A DNA stretch of 64,000 bases from an uncultured Chloroflexia bacterium (GTDB lineage: Bacteria > Chloroflexota > Limnocylindria > QHBO01): contig CAWFCQ010000003.1 in the NCBI GenBank assembly GCA_963814375.1, positions 32,001 to 96,000 of the forward strand, read 5' to 3'. Shown one piece after another: positions 1 to 8,805 of the stretch; position 1 is the stretch's first letter; the number at the start of each line of letters is the position of its first letter. The notes under the pieces are model-generated. The model was not told where the DNA came from. It was given only the letters and a program-made list of their open reading frames with translations, and searched no databases. A program made the translations under genes and the position numbers.

Positions 1-657
1 GGTCTCTTCGGTCAGGTTGACGTGCAGGGTGACGAAGTCGGACTCGCGCAGCAGGTCGTCCATCTCGACGCGGGTCGCTCCGAGCTCGGCCTCATCCTCC
101 GGCGTGGCGGGATGGACGTCGTGGTAGAGGATCCGCATCCCGAAGCCGCGACCGCGGCGCGCCATCTCGCGGCCGATGCGCCCGAAGCCGACGATTCCGA
201 GCGTCGCGCCGTGGATGTCAACGCCCATGAGCAGCATCGGTCCCCAGGTCTTCCAGTTGCCGTCGCGGACGTAGTCAACGCTTTCCGGGATGCGGCGGGC
301 GGCCGCCATCATCAGCGCGAAAGCGAGGTCGGCGGTCGTCTCGGTGAGGACGCCCGGCGTGTTGCCGGCCGGGATGCCGCGACGGGTGCAGGCCGGGACG
401 TCGATGTTGTCGAACCCGACCGCGAAGTTGCTCACGACCTTGAGTTGCGGGCCGGCCGCGTCGAGCAGCTCGTCGTCGACCGTATCGGTCAGGAGGGAGA
501 GGAGGCCGTCCTTGCCGGCTACCCGTCGCAGCAGCTCGTCGCGCGGCGGCGGCAGCTCGTCCTCCCAGAGGTCGACCTCGCAGCCATCGCGGACGGCGTC
601 CAGGCCTTCGTCCGGGATGATCCGGGTGACGAGGACGCTGGGACGGGTCTGAGTCAA
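1..657 (-). CDS. D-2-hydroxyacid dehydrogenase (glyoxylate reductase/D-glycerate dehydrogenase family), runs off the window edge
   Basis: Not in the ORF track. Manual translation from TTG at 657 gives [19 protein letters not shown]...[11 protein letters not shown]...[17 protein letters not shown]...[10 protein letters not shown]. The start overlaps the stop of the upstream aminotransferase (TTGA). Confidence 0.88.
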   Translation of the reverse strand, partial: MTQTRPSVLVTRIIPDEGLDAVRDGCEVDLWEDELPPPRDELLRRVAGKDGLLSLLTDTVDDELLDAAGPQLKVVSNFAVGFDNIDVPACTRRGIPAGNTPGVLTETTADLAFALMMAAARRIPESVDYVRDGNWKTWGPMLLMGVDIHGATLGIVGFGRIGREMARRGRGFGMRILYHDVHPATPEDEAELGATRVEMDDLLRESDFVTLHVNLTEET

Positions 658-1853
658 CGGGCGGCCCCGACCAGCTCGCCGGTGCGCTCGAGCTTCGCCA
701 GCGACTCGCCGATGCGCTCCAGCGCTGCCGCCAGGTTCTCGCGCGAGTTCGCGTAGCTGAAGCGCAGGTGCCCCTCGCCGTGCGCGCCGAAGGCGGTGCC
801 CGAGAGGCCGCAGACACCCGCGTCGTAGAGGAGGTGGTCGGCGATCTCGTTCGAGGAACGCCCGAACGAGGTGACGTTCGGGAAGGTGTAGAAGGCGCCG
901 TGCGGCATGACGCAGCTGACGCCCGGGATGGCATTCAACCCGTCGACCATGAGCTGGCGCCGCGCGATGAACTCGGTGCGCATGGCGTTGGCATCGTCCT
1001 GCGGTCCGGCCAGCGCCTCGATCGCGCCGTACTGGGCGAAGGCGTTGGTGCACGAGACGGAGTTGATGACGAGCGCGCTGAAGGCCGGCGCCAGCCAGTC
1101 GGGCACGATCCCGTAGCCCAGCCGCCACCCGGTCATCGCGAAGGTCTTGCTGAAGCCGTCGAGCGTGATCGTGCGCTCCGCCATGCCCGGCAGCGTCGCG
1201 ATCGAGAGCGGCTCGCCGGTGTACTGGAGGCGGCCGTAGATCTCATCGGCCAGGACGACGAGGTCGTGCTCAACGGCAAGCTCAGCCAGGCGGCGGATGT
1301 CGGCATCGGTCAGGATCGCGCCGGTCGGGTTGTGAGGCGAGTTGAAGACGAGCAGTTTCGTGCGCGGCGTGATGAGCGACTCGACCTCGTCGAGGTCCAT
1401 GCGGAAGTCGTTCGCCTCGCGCAGCGGCGCCGCTACCGGGTTGCCGCCGGCGTACCGGGCCATCGACTCGTAGATCGGGAAACCGGGGTTGGGATAGATG
1501 ACCTCGTCGCCGTCCTCGATCAGCGCGAGCATGGCGTAGAACATGATCGGCTTGGCGCCCGGCGTCACGACGACCTGCTCGGGCCTCGTCGCGATCCCCT
1601 TCCAGCGCGCCACTTCCTCGACGATCGCCTCGCGCAGCGGCTGAATCCCGATGGGCGCGGTGTAGTGCGTCTGGGCGTCGTCGAGCAGTGCGCGGGCGGC
1701 GGCCTCGGAGACGTTGCGCGGCGTGTCGAAGTCCGGCTCGCCGATCTCGAGGTGGATGACGTCGCGGCCGGTCGCCTCCAGGGCGCGCGCCCTCGCCGCC
1801 GCCTCGAAGGCGGTCTCGGTCCCGATCCGGCCCATGCGGCTCGCCAGCTTCAC
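654..1853 (-). CDS. PLP-dependent class I/II aminotransferase (aspartate aminotransferase-like)
   Basis: Motifs [39 protein letters not shown] start with AAGGAG upstream; the longer 601-aa ORF is an over-extension. Confidence 0.92.
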   Translation of the reverse strand: MKLASRMGRIGTETAFEAAARARALEATGRDVIHLEIGEPDFDTPRNVSEAAARALLDDAQTHYTAPIGIQPLREAIVEEVARWKGIATRPEQVVVTPGAKPIMFYAMLALIEDGDEVIYPNPGFPIYESMARYAGGNPVAAPLREANDFRMDLDEVESLITPRTKLLVFNSPHNPTGAILTDADIRRLAELAVEHDLVVLADEIYGRLQYTGEPLSIATLPGMAERTITLDGFSKTFAMTGWRLGYGIVPDWLAPAFSALVINSVSCTNAFAQYGAIEALAGPQDDANAMRTEFIARRQLMVDGLNAIPGVSCVMPHGAFYTFPNVTSFGRSSNEIADHLLYDAGVCGLSGTAFGAHGEGHLRFSYANSRENLAAALERIGESLAKLERTGELVGAAR

Positions 1854-2018
1854 CCGCGTCTCCTTCGCTGCAACGTCCGCCAGTCTAGCGTCGCGGGTCG
1901 GCCTGCCGGCGACCGCCGATCGTCCGCTTGCCGCCGCTCGCACGCTGCTTGCTATACTTTCCAGAGCGAAACCCAGCACCGATGCGCCGCGGGCGCCCAT
2001 CAGGAGACAACAATCGCC

Positions 2019-2444
2019 ATGACGATGTCCGAGACTCCTCGCGAGCCGATCTCGCTGACCGGCGGCGCACCGACGGGTGGGCTGCTCGTATCGGTCACCG
2101 AGGCTGCCGCGAAAAAGGTGATCGAGCTCCGCACCCGCGAGGGCAAGGCCGATGCGAACCTCCGCCTCTTCGTCAAGAGCGGTGGCTGCTCCGGCTTCAG
2201 CTACGGCCTCGCCTTCGACGACAAGCTCAACGAGGGCGACAAGCTCGAGGATCACGCCGGCGTGCCGATCGTGATCGACCAGTTCAGCCAGCAGTACGTC
2301 GACGGCGCCGAGATCGACTACGTCGACTCGCTCATGGGCTCCGGCTTCGCCATCAACAACCCGAACGCCGTGAGCAGCTGCTCCTGCGGCTCTTCGTTCA
2401 ACACCGATGGCTCCCCCTCCAAGGCCGGCGGCTGCGCCCACTGA
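2019..2444 (+). CDS. A-type Fe-S cluster carrier (IscA/ErpA/HesB family)
   Basis: GGCSGFSY and NPNAVSSCSCGSSF motifs; CAGGAG upstream of the ATG. Confidence 0.93.
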   Translation: MTMSETPREPISLTGGAPTGGLLVSVTEAAAKKVIELRTREGKADANLRLFVKSGGCSGFSYGLAFDDKLNEGDKLEDHAGVPIVIDQFSQQYVDGAEIDYVDSLMGSGFAINNPNAVSSCSCGSSFNTDGSPSKAGGCAH

Positions 2445-2465
2445 CCCTCTGACCCACACACCGAT

Positions 2466-2496
2466 GAGCCCCGGCCACGCGCCGGGGCTTTTCGTT
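2466..2496 (+). terminator. Rho-independent terminator
   Basis: GAGCCCCGGC-CACGC-GCCGGGGCTT stem followed by TTCGTT, immediately after the iscA-like gene. Confidence 0.75.
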
Positions 2497-2502
2497 GCCG
2501 CT

Positions 2503-2801
2503 CGCGACGTATCGCGGGATTTTCACCTGAAGGCTCATCCAGGTTGCGTTCCCGCGATGGATCGCGGCCCGGCACGCACGAAGCGCACCCCGAGGTGCTG
2601 CTCAGGCTCAGCGGCCCGCGATAGATCGCGATATCCGCACCTCCCGGGCTCCTCTGGTGAAGTCTTCGCGATGCATCGCGATCCGACCGATAGATCGGAC
2701 ACGACTTCACGTGAAGCGTCCCTCGCGTGACGTTCCGACCGATATGTGAATCGATTCGCACGCGAGCGAGCTTCGTGTGAAGTTTCGACCGATATATCGA
2801 C
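2503..2801. repeat. Cluster of ~64-bp imperfect inverted-repeat elements with CGAT-N2-ATCG cores
   Basis: Cores at 2503 cgcgacgtatcgcg, 2553 cgcgatggatcgcg, 2617 cgcgatagatcgcg, 2667 cgcgatgcatcgcg, 2686 accgatagatcgga, 2738 (partial) and 2788 accgatatatcgac. Confidence 0.7.
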
Positions 2802-2830
2802 ACGAACCACGGCGGCGGTAACATGCTCCA

Positions 2831-3559
2831 GTGAGTAGCACGTTTCCTCAGGACGCTGAGCCGTCCTCGGCCGAGTCGCTGCGACGGTCGTTCGCGACGG
2901 CGTGGGGCGAGATCGGCGCCGCGTGGGGCGTGGCCCCCTCGACCGCAACGGTCCAGGGCTACCTGCTCGTCTCGGACGGGCCGCTGTCCGAGCCCGAGGT
3001 GCGGCGCGCGCTGGGGATGAGCCACCGGGCGGCGAGCATGGCGCTGACGCAGTGCGAGCAATGGGGCCTCGTCGAGCGCGCCACCGTGCCACGCCGATCC
3101 GGACAGCGCGGACCGGCCGCAACGGCCTGGCGCGTGGTCGACGATCACTGGGAGTGGTTCCGCCGGGTCGCATCGGCGCGCAAGGAGCGCGAGACCGACC
3201 CGGTGCTGCCGGTCATCGCCCGATGCGTCGACCAGGCCCGCGAAGGCGCCGCACAGGACCCGGAGCTGGAGCAGCTCGGTGACCGCTTCGCCAACCTGCT
3301 CGAGTTCGTCCGTCGCTTCGACCGTGGCGTCGAGATCTTCGTGCGGGGCGATGCCCGCGCCATCGAGGGAGTCTTCGCGGCGCTGGCGGCGCTCGATGAC
3401 GAGACGGTTGACCGCCTCTGGCGCTTGGTGGGCGAGCTCGGGCCGGACGACACTGTGCGCGCGGTCGAGTCGCTCGCGACGCTGTCGCCGGCGGCGGCAC
3501 GCCGGCTCATCGGTCTGGCCGATCAGCCGGTGCTGCGCAAGCTGGTCGGGCTGGGTTAG
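2831..3559 (+). CDS. GbsR/MarR-family transcriptional regulator
   Basis: N-terminal WGEIGAAWGV...GYLLVSDGPLSEPEVRRALGMS...SMAL...WGLVER winged-helix pattern typical of GbsR-like proteins. Confidence 0.8.
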   Translation: MSSTFPQDAEPSSAESLRRSFATAWGEIGAAWGVAPSTATVQGYLLVSDGPLSEPEVRRALGMSHRAASMALTQCEQWGLVERATVPRRSGQRGPAATAWRVVDDHWEWFRRVASARKERETDPVLPVIARCVDQAREGAAQDPELEQLGDRFANLLEFVRRFDRGVEIFVRGDARAIEGVFAALAALDDETVDRLWRLVGELGPDDTVRAVESLATLSPAAARRLIGLADQPVLRKLVGLG

Positions 3560-3563
3560 GCGG

Positions 3564-5012
3564 CTACTCGCCCGAACCGTCGTCCTCGAAGACCGATGCG
3601 CCCGCGGTGACCGCGGCGTGCTCTCCACCGCCAAGCGCCGCCGGCAGCGGCCGCGGGACCGGCACCAAAGCCACATGGCGCTCGACCACCTCGCGCGTGC
3701 CGGCGATGCCGAGGGCGTCGAAGAGGAGCCCGAACTTGGTGCGGAGGTTCGCGCCGATCTCATCGGCGGCTGATGTCGGGAGCGACCAGAGCTGGCGCTT
3801 GAACGGCCCGATCGCCTTCTTGCGCGTCTTGTACAGGAACTGCTCGTCGGTCTCGCCGTCCTTGCGCTCGTCGGCGCAGTTGGCGTCGCACCAGGCCATC
3901 ATCTCGGCCCGCAGATCGGCCGGGAGTCCTCCACCGTCGTAGAGGATGTTCTGGAAGCCGGTGGCGAGGTGGATCTCGGCGGTGCCGGCGGCCGGGAAGT
4001 TCCCGAACGCCTCCTCCGGCAGGGTCGAGGCGCCGTGCTGGACGCAGCCGGCCATGCCGTACTCGTCGCGCGCCACGGTCGAAAGGCGGCGCAGCGTGTC
4101 GAAGTCGATGCTCACTTCCGCCACCGAGCCGTCCGGCAGGACCACGCCACCGTGCGACGTGCCTGTCTGGACGCTCACCTTGCTGACCGGCTCGGCGTGG
4201 CCGCACAGCGCGAGGTAGCCGTCGAGGTAGGCGCGCAGCTCCTCTTCGGTCGAGTTCGACTTGCCGACCTCGCCGATCTCGCCGCCGATGCTGATCGTGA
4301 CGCCGTCGGGCTGGAGCGAGCGCACCAGGCGCGTCAGCTCGGCCGTGTTCTCGGCGTTGACCTGCTGCTGCTCGGCGACGGTCGGCTGCGACAGGTCCAC
4401 CAGCGTCGACGAATCGATGTCGATGTTCAGGAAGCCGGCGCCCACCGCTTCCCGGGTGAGGTCGCGCAGACCCTCGAGCTCACCGTCGGGATCGGTCGCC
4501 CACTTGGTGGCGTTGAACTGGAAGTGGTCGCCCTGGAGGAAGACAGGCGTGCGCCAGCCGCTGCGCAGGGCGGCAGCCAGGACGACCGCCGTGTACTCCG
4601 CCGGCCGCTGGTCGGTGTAGGCCATCTCGCTCTTGGCGATCTCGAAGATGACCGCCCCGGCGTCGCGCTCGAGCGCCGCGGCGAACGCCTGGCGCGCGGT
4701 CAGGTAGGTCGCGGCGCGGACGTTGATGGCGGGCACGGTGAAGGCATCGGCCGGCACCTCGCCGCGTCCGCGCGCGCGGTACAGCTCGTGGATCGAGGCG
4801 GACCCACAGCCGAGCGCCTGCGATGCGCTCCAGATCACCCATCGAGCCGCTTCGCGCAGCGACGCATCGGCGTTGAAGACGGCCTCGAAGACGATCTCGT
4901 CGATGAGCTCACCCCGGAGCGCAGCCTCGTCATGCACGTCAAGGCCGTCGTCACGGATGGAGGCCACACCGCTCAGGCGCTCGCGAAGGTCATCGGCGCT
5001 GGAGAAGGTCAC
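3564..5012 (-). CDS. Class II fructose-bisphosphate aldolase (long form)
   Basis: FTVPAINVR, QGDHFQ, GGEIGEVG, GTSHGG and VQHGAS metal/substrate motifs. Confidence 0.87.
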   Translation of the reverse strand: MTFSSADDLRERLSGVASIRDDGLDVHDEAALRGELIDEIVFEAVFNADASLREAARWVIWSASQALGCGSASIHELYRARGRGEVPADAFTVPAINVRAATYLTARQAFAAALERDAGAVIFEIAKSEMAYTDQRPAEYTAVVLAAALRSGWRTPVFLQGDHFQFNATKWATDPDGELEGLRDLTREAVGAGFLNIDIDSSTLVDLSQPTVAEQQQVNAENTAELTRLVRSLQPDGVTISIGGEIGEVGKSNSTEEELRAYLDGYLALCGHAEPVSKVSVQTGTSHGGVVLPDGSVAEVSIDFDTLRRLSTVARDEYGMAGCVQHGASTLPEEAFGNFPAAGTAEIHLATGFQNILYDGGGLPADLRAEMMAWCDANCADERKDGETDEQFLYKTRKKAIGPFKRQLWSLPTSAADEIGANLRTKFGLLFDALGIAGTREVVERHVALVPVPRPLPAALGGGEHAAVTAGASVFEDDGSGE

Positions 5013-5021
5013 CCGGCCATC

Positions 5022-5360
5022 CTACCGAAGGGCCGATGCGAGCGTGAAGGCCAGCAGGGGAGCCACGAGCAGCCCGAGCCCCGCCGCAAGCAGATACCAG
5101 TCGCGCGCCGCGCGCGCATCGGCGACGCCGCGTCGCTGGAGCGAAACGGTCCACCAACGAACCGCCGACAGGCCGATGACGTAGAGCACCGCTGCCAGGA
5201 CCACGACGCCGATGACGAACGGCCGCACGTCGGCGCAGTCGCCGAAGGCGAGCGGTCCCCCATCCGGGCAGGAAGCGGCGAGCTCGAGAGCGACGACGAG
5301 CCCGGCGAGCGCCAGGACGACGGCGCACCAGGCGAGGTGGACCGCGAGCGATCGGCTCAG
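5022..5360 (-). CDS. Small hypothetical membrane protein (3 TM)
   Basis: C-terminal part of the 5022..5840 ORF: three hydrophobic stretches and a CPDGGPLAFGDC loop. Start uncertain (CTG overlapping the upstream TGA). Confidence 0.55.
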   Translation of the reverse strand: MSRSLAVHLAWCAVVLALAGLVVALELAASCPDGGPLAFGDCADVRPFVIGVVVLAAVLYVIGLSAVRWWTVSLQRRGVADARAARDWYLLAAGLGLLVAPLLAFTLASALR

Positions 5361-5941
5361 CGGCGGGCGAGCTCGGTGCTGCGGCGCTCGGCCTCGACGG
5401 CCTCGCGCTGGGTGATGCGCTTGTACTCGTAGTACAGGTAGACGCATGCGAGGGCCCCAAGGCCGGCGGCCATCACGCCGAAGGCGATCGCCTGAAGCGG
5501 GAAGCGCGGCGGCCAGAAGGAGCCGCCCGCCAGGTTGAAGGCCATGATCGGGATGATGATCAGGACGGCGAGCAGGTAGTTGAGCCCGGTGAAGATCCGG
5601 ATCGTCGACCAGCCGAAACCCCGACGGCCGCGCGCGGCCTGGGCCAGCAGCCCGAGGATGATGATCAGCGCGAAGTTCGTCATGCCGACCCCGTTGGCGA
5701 TGAGGAAGCCGACGTCCTCGCTGAAGCGCAGGAACGGGATCTCGACCGTGACGAGGTAGTACACGTAGTTGGCGATATAGAAGACGATGAAGTAGATGAA
5801 CAGGAACAGCGGCACGCCCTTGAGCACCGCCACCAGCCACGTCTCGTAGCCGTACAGCAGCCAGTTCATGAAGTCGTCAGCCCAGCCGAGGAGACGGTTG
5901 AGACCGCCCTTGGGCCGATAGGTCGGATACGAGGTCGTCAT
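5357..5941 (-). CDS. Hypothetical multi-pass membrane protein in the Rieske/cyt b operon
   Basis: About 4 hydrophobic helices and strong GC3 codon bias; directly downstream of the cytochrome c gene. Confidence 0.8.
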   Translation of the reverse strand: MTTSYPTYRPKGGLNRLLGWADDFMNWLLYGYETWLVAVLKGVPLFLFIYFIVFYIANYVYYLVTVEIPFLRFSEDVGFLIANGVGMTNFALIIILGLLAQAARGRRGFGWSTIRIFTGLNYLLAVLIIIPIMAFNLAGGSFWPPRFPLQAIAFGVMAAGLGALACVYLYYEYKRITQREAVEAERRSTELARR

Positions 5942-5966
5942 CGATCTGGGCTCACTAGGTTTGGGC

Positions 5967-6770
5967 TCACTCGGTCTGGGCCAGGAGGAACGTGATCAGG
6001 GCTGCCATCTGGCTCTCGCTGATGACGTCCTCGGGATGGGGCGGCATGCCGGTCGGCTCGCCGTCGTTGTAGTTGCCAGCCGAGTCGCGGATCCACAGCT
6101 CCAGGAAGTTCGCCGGATCCTCCTCGTAGTCCGCGATCATCTGGTCCAGGCCGGATGGCTCGATCTCGAGATCGGTGATGAGGTTCGAGCCGATGGTCTG
6201 GAGGTTCGGCCCGACGCCGCCCTCCAGCTCCGCGCCGTGGCAGCCACCGCAGCCGACCGCCGCGTAGACCTCCTGCCCGGCCTCGACCGTGTTCTCCACC
6301 TCCGCGGGCGCCTCTTCGCCGGCCTCCACCGCCCAGCCCTCGACGAGCGCGACGACGGCATCGATCTGCTGCTCGTTCAGCGGGCCGCCGACCTCGGCCG
6401 CCCAAGCCGGCATCGGCGAGTTGACGTTGCCCGAGACGACCACGCCGCCGTAGCTGACGGCCAGGTTGACGTAGTTCGAGTTGACCCGCAGCTTGTTGGC
6501 CAGCGACGTGGTGTGCAGCGACGGGGCTTGGCGGCCGTCCGGATCGTTCGGGATCGCCCCACCCTCGCCCTCGGGGCCGTGACAGCGCGCGCACCCCGCG
6601 GCGGCCGGCTGGGTGTCATCGTCGCTGAAGACCACCTCGCCGTATTCGAGCAGCTCCTCGTCGTGCGCGGTAGCGATCTGCTCACGCCGCGCGTTGTCGG
6701 TGATCCAGTACATCATCGTCCACGCCGAAAGCGCGATCAGCAGGACGACGCCGAGCGACTTCAGGCGCAT
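5967..6770 (-). CDS. Membrane-anchored diheme cytochrome c
   Basis: N-terminal TM segment; CARCH and CGGCH heme motifs with candidate distal Met motifs MPAW and MPPH. Confidence 0.9.
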   Translation of the reverse strand: MRLKSLGVVLLIALSAWTMMYWITDNARREQIATAHDEELLEYGEVVFSDDDTQPAAAGCARCHGPEGEGGAIPNDPDGRQAPSLHTTSLANKLRVNSNYVNLAVSYGGVVVSGNVNSPMPAWAAEVGGPLNEQQIDAVVALVEGWAVEAGEEAPAEVENTVEAGQEVYAAVGCGGCHGAELEGGVGPNLQTIGSNLITDLEIEPSGLDQMIADYEEDPANFLELWIRDSAGNYNDGEPTGMPPHPEDVISESQMAALITFLLAQTE

Positions 6771-6774
6771 CGCA

Positions 6775-7431
6775 TCAGCCCGTGCAATGCTCCATGTCGG
6801 TCGGCACGCGCTGGTCGAAGGTGATGGTCCCGGGCGGCGGGCCGTTGAGCACCTCCGCGGTGTTGATGGTGTAGACGCCGTCCACGACGGTCACCGGGAA
6901 CCGGTCCATCCCGCGCGGGGCGGGCCCATCGCGCTTCTCGCCGAGCACCGTGTATTTCGAGCCGTGGCAGAGGCACTCGAACCACTGGCTGGCCTGGCAC
7001 ACCTGTGGGACCTGGCAGCCGAGGTGGGGGCACTTGCGATAGAGCGCCAACACCGAGCGGTCCTCCGGCGCAAGCTCGTCGCTCACTTCCGCGCCGGGAT
7101 CGGGAACCGGCTCCGCCACCGTCCCGTCGCCGTCGACCCGGGCCTTTGCCGCCGGCACGTTGACGAAGAAGAAGTTGGCCTGGTTGTAGATGTAGGGCAG
7201 GCCATTGGCCCACTCCGGGGCGAGGGTGTTGATGTCCTCCGCGGTGCCGAGCGAAATCTCGGCACCGAGCCCCTCGCTGAGGTTGGGCCAGAGAAATGCG
7301 AGCGTGGCGCCGACGAACTCGAGGGTCAGCACGCCCATCCCCACGCCGAGCATGCGACGCATGAAGGTGCGGCGGCTGATCTCGCCGTCACGGGGTCCGT
7401 GGACCGGTCCGTAGGAGGCGTGCTGGGTCAT
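6775..7431 (-). CDS. Rieske 2Fe-2S subunit of the Rieske/cyt b complex
   Basis: Tat motif SRRTFMRR plus TM; boxes CPHLGC and CLCHGSKY; GPAPR. Confidence 0.93.
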   Translation of the reverse strand: MTQHASYGPVHGPRDGEISRRTFMRRMLGVGMGVLTLEFVGATLAFLWPNLSEGLGAEISLGTAEDINTLAPEWANGLPYIYNQANFFFVNVPAAKARVDGDGTVAEPVPDPGAEVSDELAPEDRSVLALYRKCPHLGCQVPQVCQASQWFECLCHGSKYTVLGEKRDGPAPRGMDRFPVTVVDGVYTINTAEVLNGPPPGTITFDQRVPTDMEHCTG

Positions 7432-8054
7432 AGGTTGAAGAACAGTCCGTCCCACGGCCAGACCCAGCTCCAGCCGGGGCCGCGGAAGAAGGAGCCGATG
7501 AACGTCGTGATCAGCCCGCCGATCATCAGGCTCAGGAAGACGACCCACATCAGCTTGCGGTCACGGGCCGCCTTGTAGGGCGAGCGATCCAGGTACGGGA
7601 TGAGGATCAGGCCGCCGAGGTAGACGGGGATGATGAGCACGCCGGCCACGGTGGCGTTGAAGTAGCTCAGGATCTCCTGAAGGCCAAGGAAGTACCACGG
7701 CGCCTTGGCGACATGAGGCGTGACGGCCGGGTTGGCCATCTCCTCCAGCGGCGCCCGGATGAAGACGCTCGTGATCACGAGCAGCGCCATGATCAGGGCG
7801 GCCATTACGAACTCGGCGCGAAGCAGGTGCGGCCAGGTCAGCACGGTCTCGTCCGGGCGCTTGTCGACGCGGACCATCGACTCCTGCTTCACGTAGGCGA
7901 GGAGGCGGAAGCGCTCGGTGCCTGGCACGCCCGGAGGCCCGGGCAGCTTCGGCCCTCCCGGAGCCACGGCCGGCGCGGCGATCGGCGCACGCTCCGGCGC
8001 CTGCGTCGGGGCGTTCTTGTCGGCGGTCGCGTTCGGTCGCTTCTCGATCGTCAT
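7428..8054 (-). CDS. Cytochrome b6 subunit IV-like protein (PetD/QcrC-like)
   Basis: WPHLL, ANPAVTP, KAPWYF (PEWY-equivalent), PYLDRS; 3 TM. Confidence 0.88.
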   Translation of the reverse strand: MTIEKRPNATADKNAPTQAPERAPIAAPAVAPGGPKLPGPPGVPGTERFRLLAYVKQESMVRVDKRPDETVLTWPHLLRAEFVMAALIMALLVITSVFIRAPLEEMANPAVTPHVAKAPWYFLGLQEILSYFNATVAGVLIIPVYLGGLILIPYLDRSPYKAARDRKLMWVVFLSLMIGGLITTFIGSFFRGPGWSWVWPWDGLFFNL

Positions 8055-8070
8055 CGGTCGCTCCTGCAGC

Positions 8071-8805
8071 CTACACCGGCCCGCTGATCCCGCCGTCCTT
8101 GCGGATCCGCCAGAAGTGGACCACCAGGAACAGGGCGGTGACGAGCGGGAAGAAGATCACGTGGGCGACATAGAAGCGCAGCAGCGTCCCCTGTCCCACG
8201 GCGATCCCGCCAAGGAGGAAGAAGGCCGACTCGTCGGCGGCGAGCGGCGCGTAGGTCGCCATCTGGGTGCCGACGGTGATGGCCCAGAACGCGATCTGGT
8301 CCCACGGCAGCAGGTAGCCGGTGAAGCTGAGCGCCAGGGTGAAGAAGAGCAGCAAAACGCCGACGACCCAATTGAACTCGCGCGGCGGCTTGTAGGCGCC
8401 GTGGTAGAAGACGCGGATCATGTGGAGGAAGACGGTGAGCACCATGAGGTGCGCCGCCCAGCGATGCATGTTGCGGGTGAAGTCGCCGAACGCGATGGAT
8501 GCGCTGATAGCCTGGATGTCCTGGTAGGCGCGGCTCACCGACGGGACATAGAAGAACATCAGGTAGAGGCCGGTGACGGTCAGCGCCAGGAACAGGAAGA
8601 AGCTGATCCCGCCCAGGCAGAACGTGTAGGTGTATCGCACGGCGTGGCGCTTCACGCGCACCGGGTGGAGGTGGAGGAAGACGTTGTTCATCACCGCCAG
8701 CGCGCGGGTGCGGCTGGTGTGCGGGTAGGGCTGGCGGAAGACGCTGCGCCAGGCCGCGGTCTCGGTGACCCAGCGCACGACCGGGTTGCGGTCGCCGTTG
8801 CTCAT
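8071..8805 (-). CDS. Cytochrome b6-type subunit (PetB/QcrB-like)
   Basis: FCLGG (heme ci Cys), HRWAAH...H, GYLLPWDQ, second His pair separated by 14 residues, C-terminal [11 protein letters not shown]. Confidence 0.95.
   Translation of the reverse strand: MSNGDRNPVVRWVTETAAWRSVFRQPYPHTSRTRALAVMNNVFLHLHPVRVKRHAVRYTYTFCLGGISFFLFLALTVTGLYLMFFYVPSVSRAYQDIQAISASIAFGDFTRNMHRWAAHLMVLTVFLHMIRVFYHGAYKPPREFNWVVGVLLLFFTLALSFTGYLLPWDQIAFWAITVGTQMATYAPLAADESAFFLLGGIAVGQGTLLRFYVAHVIFFPLVTALFLVVHFWRIRKDGGISGPV

Noticed and set aside
1854-2459. 200-aa N-terminal extension of the aminotransferase ORF
   Set aside because: It is antisense to the iscA-like gene; a GTG start with SD at 1853 gives a normal-length enzyme.
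2503-2801. CRISPR array (short palindromic repeats with ~36-bp gaps)
   Set aside because: The repeats are only ~14 bp, degenerate, irregularly spaced and in alternating orientation, and there are no cas genes in the window.
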